64,000 nt of DNA. Origin: the human T2T-CHM13v2.0 reference genome, Homo sapiens. The DNA lies in assembly GCF_009914755.1 (NCBI RefSeq), contig NC_060944.1. One strand, written 5' to 3'. Under the pieces are notes generated by a model, which was given only the letters and a program-made list of their open reading frames with translations, was not told the DNA's origin and made no database searches. The position numbers and the translations under genes are program-made. Of this stretch, positions 26,487 to 54,129 are shown one piece after another; the stretch's first letter is position 1, and every line of letters begins with the position of its first letter.

Positions 26487-27284
26487 TCAACCAACTATCC
26501 TCAATGCAAGGCTAATATTCTTAAACAAGTTTGCTTTTTCTGGGTACATTTATTCAGCCATTGTAATCAAACATCATGTAATTAACTTACCATTTATAAA
26601 CAGATTTCTTTCTTGGTTAACAAACGAACTACTTGATAATTTACTTTAGTTATGGATTCTTTGTCATTTTTAATTTCTGTGAAGAAATTCTGCCATGATC
26701 TCTGCAATGTTGATGCATTTCATCCTCTTCTAGAAGAGCTAGCACGTCATCGCACAAGATACAATGTTTTGTCATGTGATGTGACAGAAAATAATTCACA
26801 CCCCATTATGCCTTAGAAACAGACATTCAAAGTCTACTTTTATCTTCTTTCTTTTTTTAACATGAAAGATATGTACTCATAATTTTTTTAAAGTTAGAGT
26901 GTGGCAATATATGTAGCACTCAAAATCCTGTTGTTTTTTAACTGTGTAACTGCAATTCTCATTGTGCCAAGTGGCAGTTTAAGGCAATGAGAATGCTACA
27001 TCCAGCCCCTGGCACAATTCCTCACTTTCGCCAGTGCAGCACAAAAGCACCCATGGAAAAAAGTAAACAAATTAGCATGGCTGTGTCCCCATAAAAGCTT
27101 ATTTATGGATATTACAACTTGAATTTCATATCACTTCATGTGCTACAAAATATTCTTTTTTTGATTGTTTAACTATTTAAAAATGTAAAAACTATTCTTA
27201 ACTCACGGGCCATACAGAAACAGGTGGCAGGCCAGATTTGGTACACAGGCTATAGTTAGCCAATCCCTGCTATAATACATTTAA

Positions 27285-27614
<330 letters not shown>

Positions 27615-27849
27615 TAATTATTTGTATAGGTAATACTTGCACATGCTCTAAACTTAATATCTTAGAGAAGGGTGGGTGGCATAAAATCTCCCCTCTACAT
27701 CAGCCACCAGCTACCCAGTTCCTCTCCCTAGAGGCAACCAGTGTTGCCAGTTTCCCATGTAAGCTTCCAGAGCCACTCTGTGTATATCTAAGCAATTACA
27801 CACAGATATATTTTTCTTTCTTGTGTTTACATAAAAGGCAACATACTCT

Positions 27850-28490
27850 ACTTCATACTCACTCACATGGCTATAATCAAAGATAGCTACACTGGCAAGG
27901 AAATGGAGAAATTGAAACCTCCGTAGACTGCTGGAAGGAATGTAAAACAGTGCAGCCGCTTGCCGTATCAGCCAGCACTTCTCCCCCAGGTGTATACCCA
28001 GGAGAAAGGAAAACACAAATTCACACAAAAACTTGTACTCCAGCGTTTATGTTATTCATAATAGCCCAAAGTGGAAACAATCCAAATGTCTATCCACTGG
28101 TTAACAAACTGTGTTAAAAATGTATACAATAGAATACTACTCAGCCAAAAAGATGAAATACTGATACATGCCACAACACACTAAGCCTTGAAAGCACCAT
28201 GCTAAGCGAAAGAAGCTGGACCCAAAAGTCAATGCATTGTATGATTTCATCTATGTGAAATGCCTAGAAGAGGCAAATTCATAGAGACAGAAAACAGATT
28301 GCTGGAGGAAGAAAAAATGGGAAGTGACAGCTAATGAGAACAGGATTTTTTTTTTTTTTGGAGTGATAAGAATGTTCTGGAACTGGATAATGGTGATGGT
28401 TGTACAACCTTGTGCATATACTACAAGCACTGAATTGTGTACTTAAAAAATGTATTCTATAATATGTGAATTACTTCTCAATAAAATTAG
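27850..28490 (+). mobile_element. L1MB/ME 3' end
   Basis: ttcataatagcccaaagtggaaacaatccaaatgtc...aggcaaattcatagagacagaaa...tctcaataaa. Confidence 0.85.
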
Positions 28491-28609
28491 TAGCATATTA
28501 TACATATGCCTTGCCTTTTTCCCTTATCATCATCTAGAGGCCAATTAAAAGGGGACGAGACATGCAATATGAAATACAGTGGTGGCTTCTGTGAGCACTG
28601 GCCAAATTA

Positions 28610-28981
<372 letters not shown>

Positions 28982-29039
28982 TCAAGTCTTTCTACAACTA
29001 AGTTTTTAAAAACTCTGTAACTGGTTATAAGTAGGCTGA

Positions 29040-32209
<3,170 letters not shown>

Positions 32210-32526
32210 TGATTGTGCAAACGCATTTTTCTCCATCATGAAAGAGAAAATACCAGATGATGTTTCCTTTTACTCCTTTACAGTTCTTCTCAGATTCCTC
32301 TCTCCTTTTGGAACATACATTGTTCCCAGTGAAATGGAACATTGCACGTAACAGCTAATTGGTCTATTACATTAAAAGCAACACGTTGATAGACTAGGAA
32401 AAAAAGAGGAACAGTTATCTTGAAGATACATATATATTATATATCCATATAATATACGGTTGGTACAAAAGTAATTGCAGTTTTTGCATTGTTGAAATTT
32501 GCCGTTGGATATTGGAATACCTTCTT

Positions 32527-33547
32527 CTTTTAACAACATAATGGGTTTATATTTAATATAGTACTTATCAGGAGGGTGTTGCTAAGTTAATGTAAAGTTT
32601 TTTTCTTAACATTAAATCTCTTTTCCATGTCAACGTCTATAGTTTTTTTTAACATTAATTTTTTTCTGCATTTCAGTATTAGATACACTGAATACATTTT
32701 TCGAAATGTTTTTTCTCCAGAGAAAAAAGTTTCCCTTTTTGGCTGACTCTCTTATATCTAAATACAATATTAACTTGGGAGACAACAAAACAAAAATCTA
32801 ATAAAAAGATGGAGAAAACTCCCCAACGATTCGGGAGGCAGTGATTATAACCGAACATTGGTGATTTCCTAAGATTCTGGGCAAGAACTTCCTTCTTCCT
32901 ATTTCACATTCTTTGAGAATTCTAAAACTATGAAATATTACTTATGTAAATTTCAGCTATCTTACTTCTTTGACCTCCTTTCTAACTAGCAAATACAAAT
33001 GATAGGCTGCATTTTTCTGTGCATTATTTGTTGTAAAGAAAACATATTTTTTTCAATTCATATATGTATGTCTGTTCCCATTTCATGGAAACAACGAAAA
33101 ATGTAAAACTCCCTTATTTACTGATTCTTGGAAACTTTCAGACCCCAAAGCTCAGGTTTAGCCTCTATAGCACAAAGGTTTTCAGGGTGAGGTTTGACTC
33201 AGTAGGCCTTTCACACTCACATCTGTCCATTTCTTTTTCGTGCATATACTCCCGAGCAGCACAAATGCCTGTAATGCTGAGAACCACACCTAACAAGAGG
33301 GCGACTGCATCACCGGCTTCTACTGCTTCCACAACAGGCAGCACCAAAAGCAGTGACATGAGGACTAAGGACAACTGTGTTGAAACTGAGGTCATGATGT
33401 TGGAATCTTGAGGGCTGAAGGTTCCAAAGAAATGGTGTATATAGAATTCTATCTGACTTGAAATTTTCCCTTCCTGGAGCTCCGGATGCTGAGATTAAGA
33501 GGTTCCACGTGACACTACCTTCCAGGAAGCAGCCATTACAGGACTGC
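32527..33547 (-). pseudogene. SMIM30: Processed pseudogene (retrocopy) of SMIM30 / LINC00998 microprotein mRNA
   Basis: ORF MTSVSTQLSLVLMSLLLVLPVVEAVEAGDAVALLLGVVLSITGICA matches SMIM30; native tail GVYARKRNGQM* is present in the shifted frame (TGA at 33217-33219); intronless, with UTR-like flanks, ATTAAA ~32552-32557 and TSD aatac(c/a)ttctt. Confidence 0.92.
33165..33395 (-). CDS. Open 76-aa ORF of the SMIM30 retrocopy (frameshifted C-terminus); expression unknown
   Basis: ATG and the first ~46 codons intact; 1-nt deletion near 33259 gives read-through to the stop at 33165. Confidence 0.3.
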   Translation of the reverse strand: MTSVSTQLSLVLMSLLLVLPVVEAVEAGDAVALLLGVVLSITGICAAREYMHEKEMDRCECERPTESNLTLKTFVL

Positions 33548-33665
33548 AATACATTCTTAAATGTGGTTATGTCATACATCATCTTAATGAGCATTTCTCT
33601 CTGTACTTATTTATTTTTGCTAATGACTTATTACTTGCTGTTTATTTTTTTCTTTATTTTAGACT

Positions 33666-34683
33666 ATGGAAATGATGTTAGACAAAAAGCAAATTTGAGC
33701 AATATTCTTATTCGAGTTCAAAATGGATTGTAAAGCAGTGGAGACAACTCGCAACATCAATGGCCCAGGAACTGCTAATGAACATACCGTGCAGTGGGGG
33801 TTCAAGAAGTTTTGCAAAAGAGAGGAGAGCCTTGAAGATGAGGAGCGTAGCGGCCAGTCGTCGGAAGTTGACAACCACCAACTGAGAGCAATCACGGAAG
33901 CTGGTCCTCTTACAACTACACCAGAAGCTGCTGAAGAACTCAACGTCCACCTTTCTACGGTCATTCGGCATTTGACGCAAACTGGAAAGGTGAAAAAGCT
34001 CGATAAGTGGGTGCCTCATGAGCTGAGCGAAAATCAGAAACATTGTCGTTTTGAAATGTCGTCTTCTCTTATTCTACACAACAACAATGAACCATTTCTC
34101 CATCGGATTGTGATGTGCGACAAAAAGTGGATTTTATACGACAACCAGCGATGACCACCTCGGTGGGTGGACTGAGAAGCTCCAAAGCACTTCCCAAAGC
34201 CAAACTTGCACCAAAAAAAGGTCCTGGTCACTGTCTGGTGGCCTGCTGACGGTCTGACCACCACAGCTTTCTGAATCCCGGCAAAACCATTACATCTGAG
34301 AATTGTGCTCAGCAAATCGATGAGATGCACCAAAAACTGCAAAGCCTGCAGCCGGCACTGGTCAACAGAAAGGACCCAATTCTTCTCCAGGATAATGCTG
34401 ACCGCAGGTCCTACAACCAATGCTTCAAAAGTTGATCAAATTGGGCTACAAAGTTTTGCCTCGTCTGCCATATTCACCTGACCTCTCACCAACAAACTAC
34501 TGCTTCTTCAACCATCTTGACAACTTTTTCCAGAGAAAACGCTTCCACAACCAGCAGCATGCAGAAAATGCTTTCCAAGAGTTTGTCGAATCCCGACGCA
34601 CAGATTTTTACATTACAGGAATAAACAAACTTATTTCTCTTTGGTAAAAATGTGTTGATTGTAATGGTTCCTATTTTGATTAA
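33666..34683 (+). pseudogene. Hsmar1 transposase pseudogene
   Basis: Starts atggaaatgatgttagac (MEMMLD); fragments 33723-34154 and 34420-34647; stops and frameshifts; third catalytic D reads N. Confidence 0.95.
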
Positions 34684-34757
34684 TAAAGATGTGTTTGAGC
34701 CTAGTTATAATTTTAAAATCACAGTCCAAAACCGTAATTACTATTGCACCAACCAGA

Positions 34758-35010
34758 ATATATAGAATATATAACATAATATATATTTGAAATATACTAT
34801 ATAAATATTATATATTATATATTTCATATATATTATATATTTCATATATAATATATATATTTAATATATAATATAATACATATTTTATATATATTATATA
34901 TTATACTCTATATATAATATAGATCATATATATTCCACATATTATATATATTATACTCCATATATAATATATATATTTCATTCATCATATATATTTCATA
35001 TATAGTATAT
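34758..35010. repeat. (TA)n-rich low-complexity tract
   Basis: Direct reading; abuts the right TIR of Hsmar1. Confidence 0.95.
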
Positions 35011-35011
35011 T

Positions 35012-35285
35012 TAGGCAGGGTCTTGCTCTGTTGCCCAGGGTAGAATGCAGTGACACAATCACTGCAGCCTCAACCTCCCAGGCACAGGCGATCCTCTCAC
35101 CTCAGCCTCCTGAGTAGCTGGGACTACAGGCACGTACCATCACACTTGGCTAATTTAAAATTTTTTGTACAGACAGGATCTCACTATGTTGCCCAGACCG
35201 GTCTCAAACTCCGGGACCCAAGCAATCCTCTTGTCCCAGCATCCCAAAGTGCTGAGATTATAGGCTTGAGCCATCACACCCAACA
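35012..35285 (-). mobile_element. AluJ
   Basis: Reverse diverged Alu. Confidence 0.9.
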
Positions 35286-35617
35286 GAGGGTACTTTTTCT
35301 GGCTGTTCTGCACCACAGCCTCCTTGGATGGGTAGGAGTGTGTTCATTTATCATCTAGCACACAGGCTGCTGAAACAAGAGGAATAATGTTCAAACATGA
35401 TCAAAAGGAGTATGCATCTCACACAGTGAAGCTGGGCTTGGAGCTATGTTTTAACTGAATGTGACTGAACATGGTCTTAATTTGTAAAAGAAGGGAGGTT
35501 TTGAGTTATTTAAAAGACGCATACGGGAAAAATTTTCAACTTCATACACGCTGGGATTATGAACATGTGTCTGTGCACAGGTGTAGGTGTGCATGAGCCT
35601 TTGAAAATCAAAGCATA

Positions 35618-35790
35618 GGCCAGGAACAGTGGCTCACACCTGCAATCCCAGCACTTTGGGAGGCCAAGGCTGGTGGATAGCTTCAGTCCAGGAGTTTGCT
35701 TAAGTCAGGGAGTTTGAGACCAGCCTGGGCAACATGGGGAAACTCCATCTCCATAAAATAAATAAATAATTTTTTAAAGTTAAAATTAAA
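35618..35790 (+). mobile_element. Alu left monomer/FLAM
   Basis: Monomer with internal 18-bp tandem duplication. Confidence 0.85.
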
Positions 35791-35830
35791 AATCAAAAAA
35801 AAAAGAAAATCAAACGGTGGACTGCAGTGA

Positions 35831-36319
<489 letters not shown>

Positions 36320-36379
36320 TGATAATAGGTTCTTATTGGTAGAAACATTTTAAATGACAAGACATAGAATACCTAACAA

Positions 36380-40935
<4,556 letters not shown>

Positions 40936-40964
40936 TGTTTCTGTCTCAAAAAAAAAAAAAAAAA

Positions 40965-43975
<3,011 letters not shown>

Positions 43976-44039
43976 AAATTATCTTATGGCCCTCGTAATA
44001 ATTAATTGAGGGAAGATGTATTGATGCATGCTAAAACCA

Positions 44040-45700
<1,661 letters not shown>

Positions 45701-45724
45701 CTGATTAGATATTTGATGATATTA

Positions 45725-46123
<399 letters not shown>

Positions 46124-46554
46124 TTAAATACTTATTTGACATATTAAGATGAAGATGTTTGATAGAAATTTGCTTCAAATAATTATGTAGGGAGGGTTAG
46201 TGAGTACTAAATCAAACGTAGATGGCATAGATTAGCTGAATTGATAATTATTGAAGATTTATTATTATTACTAATTTTCTATATGTTTGAAATTTCCTAC
46301 AATAAAAAATTAAACAAAATTAGCTCAAAAGCAAAAATGTCCAGAAGTAGACTTCAGGCAAGTTTGATACAGCAACTTAATAACATCATCAAGAACCTGC
46401 CCACCTCACTTGCCTCCTCTCCTCTCCTGCTCTGCTCCTCCCCTCCCTGTCGCTCTCCCCTCTTTTTCTGCAGTATTGATATCACCTTCTGGCTCCGTGT
46501 AATGTGCCCCCAGCAGTTCTAAAATCCCCTTTCAGTTTGGCAAAAGGTACAGTT

Positions 46555-46820
46555 GACCAGGTGCAGTGGCTCACACCTGTAATCCCAGCACTCTGGGAGG
46601 CTGAGGCGGGTGAATTGCTTGAGCTCAGGAGTTCAAGAACAGCCTGAGCAACAAGGCAAGTCCCCATCTCTACAAAAAAAAAAAAATTAGCTGGGTGTGG
46701 TAGTGCACACTTGTGTTCCCAGCTACTGGGGAGGCTGAGGATGCAGTTAGCTGAGATTATGCCACTGTACTCCAGCCTGGGTGACAGAGCAAGACCTTGT
46801 CTGAAAAGAAAAAAAAAAAC
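46555..46820 (+). mobile_element. AluJ with internal deletion
   Basis: Alu dimer lacking part of the right arm. Confidence 0.9.
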
Positions 46821-47444
46821 CATTCCAGTTTACCAAGGTAACAACCCTATGCCACTCTTCCCTGGGAAAGAGAGTGCCCTGTTGGCTCTCACAGAAGGAA
46901 AAGGAAACTTCCCTTTCTCAGGAGGCCCCAGTGTAATTCTCCTGTCAGGCCCCGATTGGGCTGCACATCCATCCTGAACCAGTCACTCCATTCCTGTTGA
47001 TGGGATACATTGATGGGGGAGAGTGAGTTTCTAAAGGAAATGGGAGGCTATAGAAGGAGGGGAAATGGATGCTGGACAGCAATCCACAAGTAACCTTAAA
47101 AACTGCCGCCATGGCCAGATAGATTGGTCCAGAGAGGACATCTGACCTTTGCTGCCACAATCAAATTCCTTCCTTACCAAGGCAGTGGAGTTAGAGAATA
47201 ATCAGCCTTACCTTTGTGTCATAGGCATGGGAGTATGTGGACTGCCTGAAGCCATCTTCCCTGGTGTGTAGACAAAGTCCGCCTGCCATTAGAGAAGAGG
47301 ATGCCAACTAAGAGCAAGAAACTGAAGCAATACAGGACGAGGCAGGTTCCTAATTTCTTGTTTGAGTTTCTGGACCTATTCATGCATGAAGCTGGGTCAG
47401 CCCACAGACTTCCCAGATACATTAGCCAATATTTGGTTTTCTAC

Positions 47445-47744
47445 TTTTTTTTTTTTCTTTTTGAGACGGAGTCTCACTCTGTCACCTGGGCTGGAGTGCA
47501 GTGGCACCATCTCGGCTCACTGCCACCTCTGCCCTCCCGGGTTCATGCGATTCTCCTGCCTCAGCCTTCCCAGTAGCTGGGATTACAGGTGCACACCACC
47601 GCACCCTGCTAATTTTTTGTATTTTTAGTAGAGACGGGGTTTCACTATGTTGGCCAGACTGGTCTCGAACTCTTGACCTCATGATTCAACCGCCTCGGCC
47701 TCCCAAAGTGCTGGGATTACAGGCGTGGGCCACAGCTCCCAGCC
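47445..47744 (-). mobile_element. AluS
   Basis: TSD gttttctactt. Confidence 0.95.
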
Positions 47745-47811
47745 CGTTTTCTACTTCTTATAGCTCAAAGAGCCTGAATGAATACATATGCACTGTGCAG
47801 TGCAAGCATGA

Positions 47812-48245
47812 CTGTCTTAGGTCAGGTTCTCTCTAAAGCAGACCCTGAGATGACAATTCACGTGCAAATAATTATTTACTCCCAGGAGAAGTTGATTAGT
47901 GAAGTGAGGTGTCATATCTTGCAAAATCTCACTTCATCATGATCCTCTAGGTATCTCTAGAGCATAAATTACACTTCAGAGTTGGTCCTACGTTGAGGTT
48001 GGTTTTCATACTCCTGCATGTGTCAGTCATTGGCTAAGAACTCTGCCCCAAGGACATATAAACTTTCCAGCATCTCTGCTCTTGGGGAGTTCTTGGGAGG
48101 TGGCATCAGTAACCCAAGATAGACTGAAGATAGTCGCAAGTGCAAGCCCTTAGAAACACAGACCTCAGAAGCTGGGAGATGCATGTGCCAAGCTGGTCAG
48201 GGGTTCTCAGAGAACCTGGCTGGAGCACCACAGTGTCCACTACAG
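47812..48245 (-). mobile_element. ERVL LTR (LTR16-like)
   Basis: tgtcttaggtcaggttctctctaaagcagaccctgaga...cagtcattggctaag. Confidence 0.6.
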
Positions 48246-48319
48246 AAAGAAAAGCAAGGAAAGAGGCCAAACGGAGAGTCAGGAATTGCTGGGGGCTCCA
48301 TGCGAACAAGTCTAAGAGA

Positions 48320-50390
<2,071 letters not shown>

Positions 50391-50514
50391 AGACAGTGTC
50401 CCGAGTCCCTGGGTGCAGTCCTTCCAGAGGCCACCGTGACTCTGTCTGTCCTGCTCAGGGGAACTGGTTCATTTCCTCCCACCTGCCCTTTTGTTCTTTT
50501 TCACTCCAGGTCAT

Positions 50515-51006
50515 AAGGTCCTGACCATTACGGGGACCCTCCTTTGCTCCAATCAGGTGTGGCCTGGGAGCTGGGTCACAGAAAGCAAGGCAGCATCTCT
50601 GGACAGGTCTCTTCAAGATATTGTGACCTGAAGGGAGGTTTGGGCAAGGCGGCCCCTGGCAGTTTCTGCACCTGGGTGCTGAGCACAGGGGGCCCCTGGG
50701 GAGGGACCACCCAGCTCCTGCCTTCCCTGAGAACTGCCTGTTCCCCCAGTTGAAGGAATGGTGTCAGCGTTCCATGCCTCAGTCTCACCTGGCCATGGCA
50801 GATTGGACTGGGGTGGATACCTGCCCCAAGCCTGGGCAATTACGTTCTCTTTCCCAGGTATTGAAACTGGGACCAGAGACTGTAGTTCAGAGATGCTGGT
50901 GGCTGCAGCAGAGAGGTGGTGCAGGGATGCAGCTGGGGAGTCTGACACCGCTTAGCTGCAGGGCTGTGGCTACAATGTGCTTGCTGAGAGACACAATACA
51001 CAGTAC
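50515..51006 (+). repeat. Arm A of local inverted duplication (contains LTR33/LTR16-like segment)
   Basis: Reverse complement of 52920-53424 with long exact blocks such as ctcacctggccatggcagattggactggggtgga. Confidence 0.93.
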
Positions 51007-51189
51007 TCAAGCTCGTCAATCAGAGCGCTGTAACAATGGTGAGTTCCTGGTAGCCATTTCGTGTCTTTGGTAGCCCTCTCTTGCCCCAAGGCCACATTTT
51101 CTTGATCCAGGAATAGACCCATCATCTAGGTTAGGTTATCAGAGTCTCTAACGCATGATACTGGACTCGAGGCTAGAATATTGCATGGG

Positions 51190-52526
<1,337 letters not shown>

Positions 52527-52919
52527 TGAATCCAAATTTCCTTACCAACCCAGCAAGGAAGCGATAAATTGAAAATTTCATTTAAAGGAGTCCCCAAGCC
52601 ACTCAGTAGTATTTATCAACAGGATTAGGTAAATGTAACATAGTATGGAATTATTAATAATTAATTTCCTCCAATAAAGCTGAATATAAAGGTAAGAGAC
52701 ATTGAAATTATATTACGAAGAGTGAAATAACTGAAAATGACACAAGTGAGATTGTTCTAAAAGTTTCTTAGAATCTTAGGACACATTTGCTCACTCATTC
52801 AAGCTAGGTCAAGCAAAAAAAGGAATTAATTGGAAGGACAAAGGAATGGGACCTCATGGCAACAATGGTCAAAAATGCAGTTACTCATGAAGAATCAGTA
52901 CCTAGTAAGTCAGAAGAGT

Positions 52920-53424
52920 GTACTGTGGTGTCTCTCAGGAACCACATGACCCCTCGGCCCTGCAGCTCAGCGGTGTCTGACTCCCCAGCTCCAGCCCTGC
53001 ACCACCTCTCTGCTGCAGCCACCAACGTCTCTGAACTGCAGTCTTTGGTCCCAGTTTCAATACCTAGGAAAGAGAACTTAATTGCCCAGCCTTGGGGCAA
53101 GGGTCCACCCCAGTCCAATCTGCCATGGCCAGGTGAGATCAGGGCATGGAACGCTGACACAGAAGCTGGCACTGTCCCTTTAGAAAGCGTTGGGGGACAG
53201 GCCGTTCTCAGGGAAGGCAGGAGCTGGGTAGTCCTCCCTGAAGTGCCTCTGTACTCCGCACCCAGGTGCAGAAACCGTAAGGGGCCGCCTTGCTCAAACC
53301 TCCCTTCAGGGCACCCGTCCAGAGACACTGCCTTACTTTCTGCCTTACTTTCTGCCAGGTGATCCTGACTCCCAGGCCACTCCTGACTGGAGCAAAGGAG
53401 GGTCCCTGTAATGGTCAGGACCTT
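52920..53424 (-). repeat. Arm B of local inverted duplication
   Basis: See arm A; ORF translations share ELQSLVPVSIP..AQ.WG..PPQSNLPWPGE. Confidence 0.93.
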
Positions 53425-54129
53425 TTTCAATGGTGAGTCTTGAAATTCAAATGACCTGAAGTGAAAGAGAAAAAAGGGCAAGTGGGAGGCAATGAACCAG
53501 CACACCTCAGCAGGAAGGACAGAGTCATGGTGGCTTCTGGAAGGACTGGACCCAGGACCCAGGGACTCAGGACACTGTCTGACCCTCTGTCTTCTCCGCT
53601 CGTTTTTGCTTCTCCCTATGGAATGCCCTCATCCTCTCCGCCTGGGACCTCATATGCATCATGCCAGGAAGCACGGCAGGAGGCCCTTCAGATTGATGTT
53701 TGACCATCCCTACAATGAAGGCAAAAGCAGCCTTTCTCCAATTTGAGCTTGAAAAATCCTCCATGAGGACTCGTTAGGAAAATATACATATATATATATA
53801 CACATATGTGACAAAAAATTAAAACAAACAAAAGTGGAAAAATTGTACTTTTAAAAAATGTTATGTACTCATCACTGGATTTCAACAATTATCAACAAAC
53901 GGGCAATCATGTTTCATCTGTACATCCACCCTCCACTGGATTATTTTAAAGCAAATCCCAAATATTCTGTCACTTCCTCTGAAATACTTCTGACGTATCG
54001 TAAGGAGTTTTAAAAACTTAATCATAATGCCAATATCATGCTAAAAAATTAGCAAAAATGCCTTAATACCATCAGCATAGTCAACCAGTGTTCACATTTC
54101 TCTAGCTGTCTTAAAAATTGAAAAACTGG

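Larger units (their letters stand above)
32455..34758 (+). mobile_element. Hsmar1 mariner DNA transposon, near full-length, inactive
   Basis: TIRs ggttggtacaaaagtaattgcagtttt and aaaaccgtaattactattgcaccaacc; TA flanks; transposase motifs WVPHEL, CDKKW, YSPDLSP. Confidence 0.97.

Noticed and set aside
33165-33395. The authentic SMIM30 locus
   Set aside because: Frameshifted, intronless, TSD-flanked and embedded in a transposon, so a retrocopy
33723-34647. SETMAR gene or functional transposase
   Set aside because: No SET-domain exons; stops and frameshifts; both TIRs present as in an ordinary Hsmar1 copy
52856-53505. Longest ORFs in the window (168 aa on +, 206 aa on -)
   Set aside because: Overlapping antisense ORFs in GC-richer duplicated DNA; the frame is broken by indels in the other arm, and I recognise no protein domain
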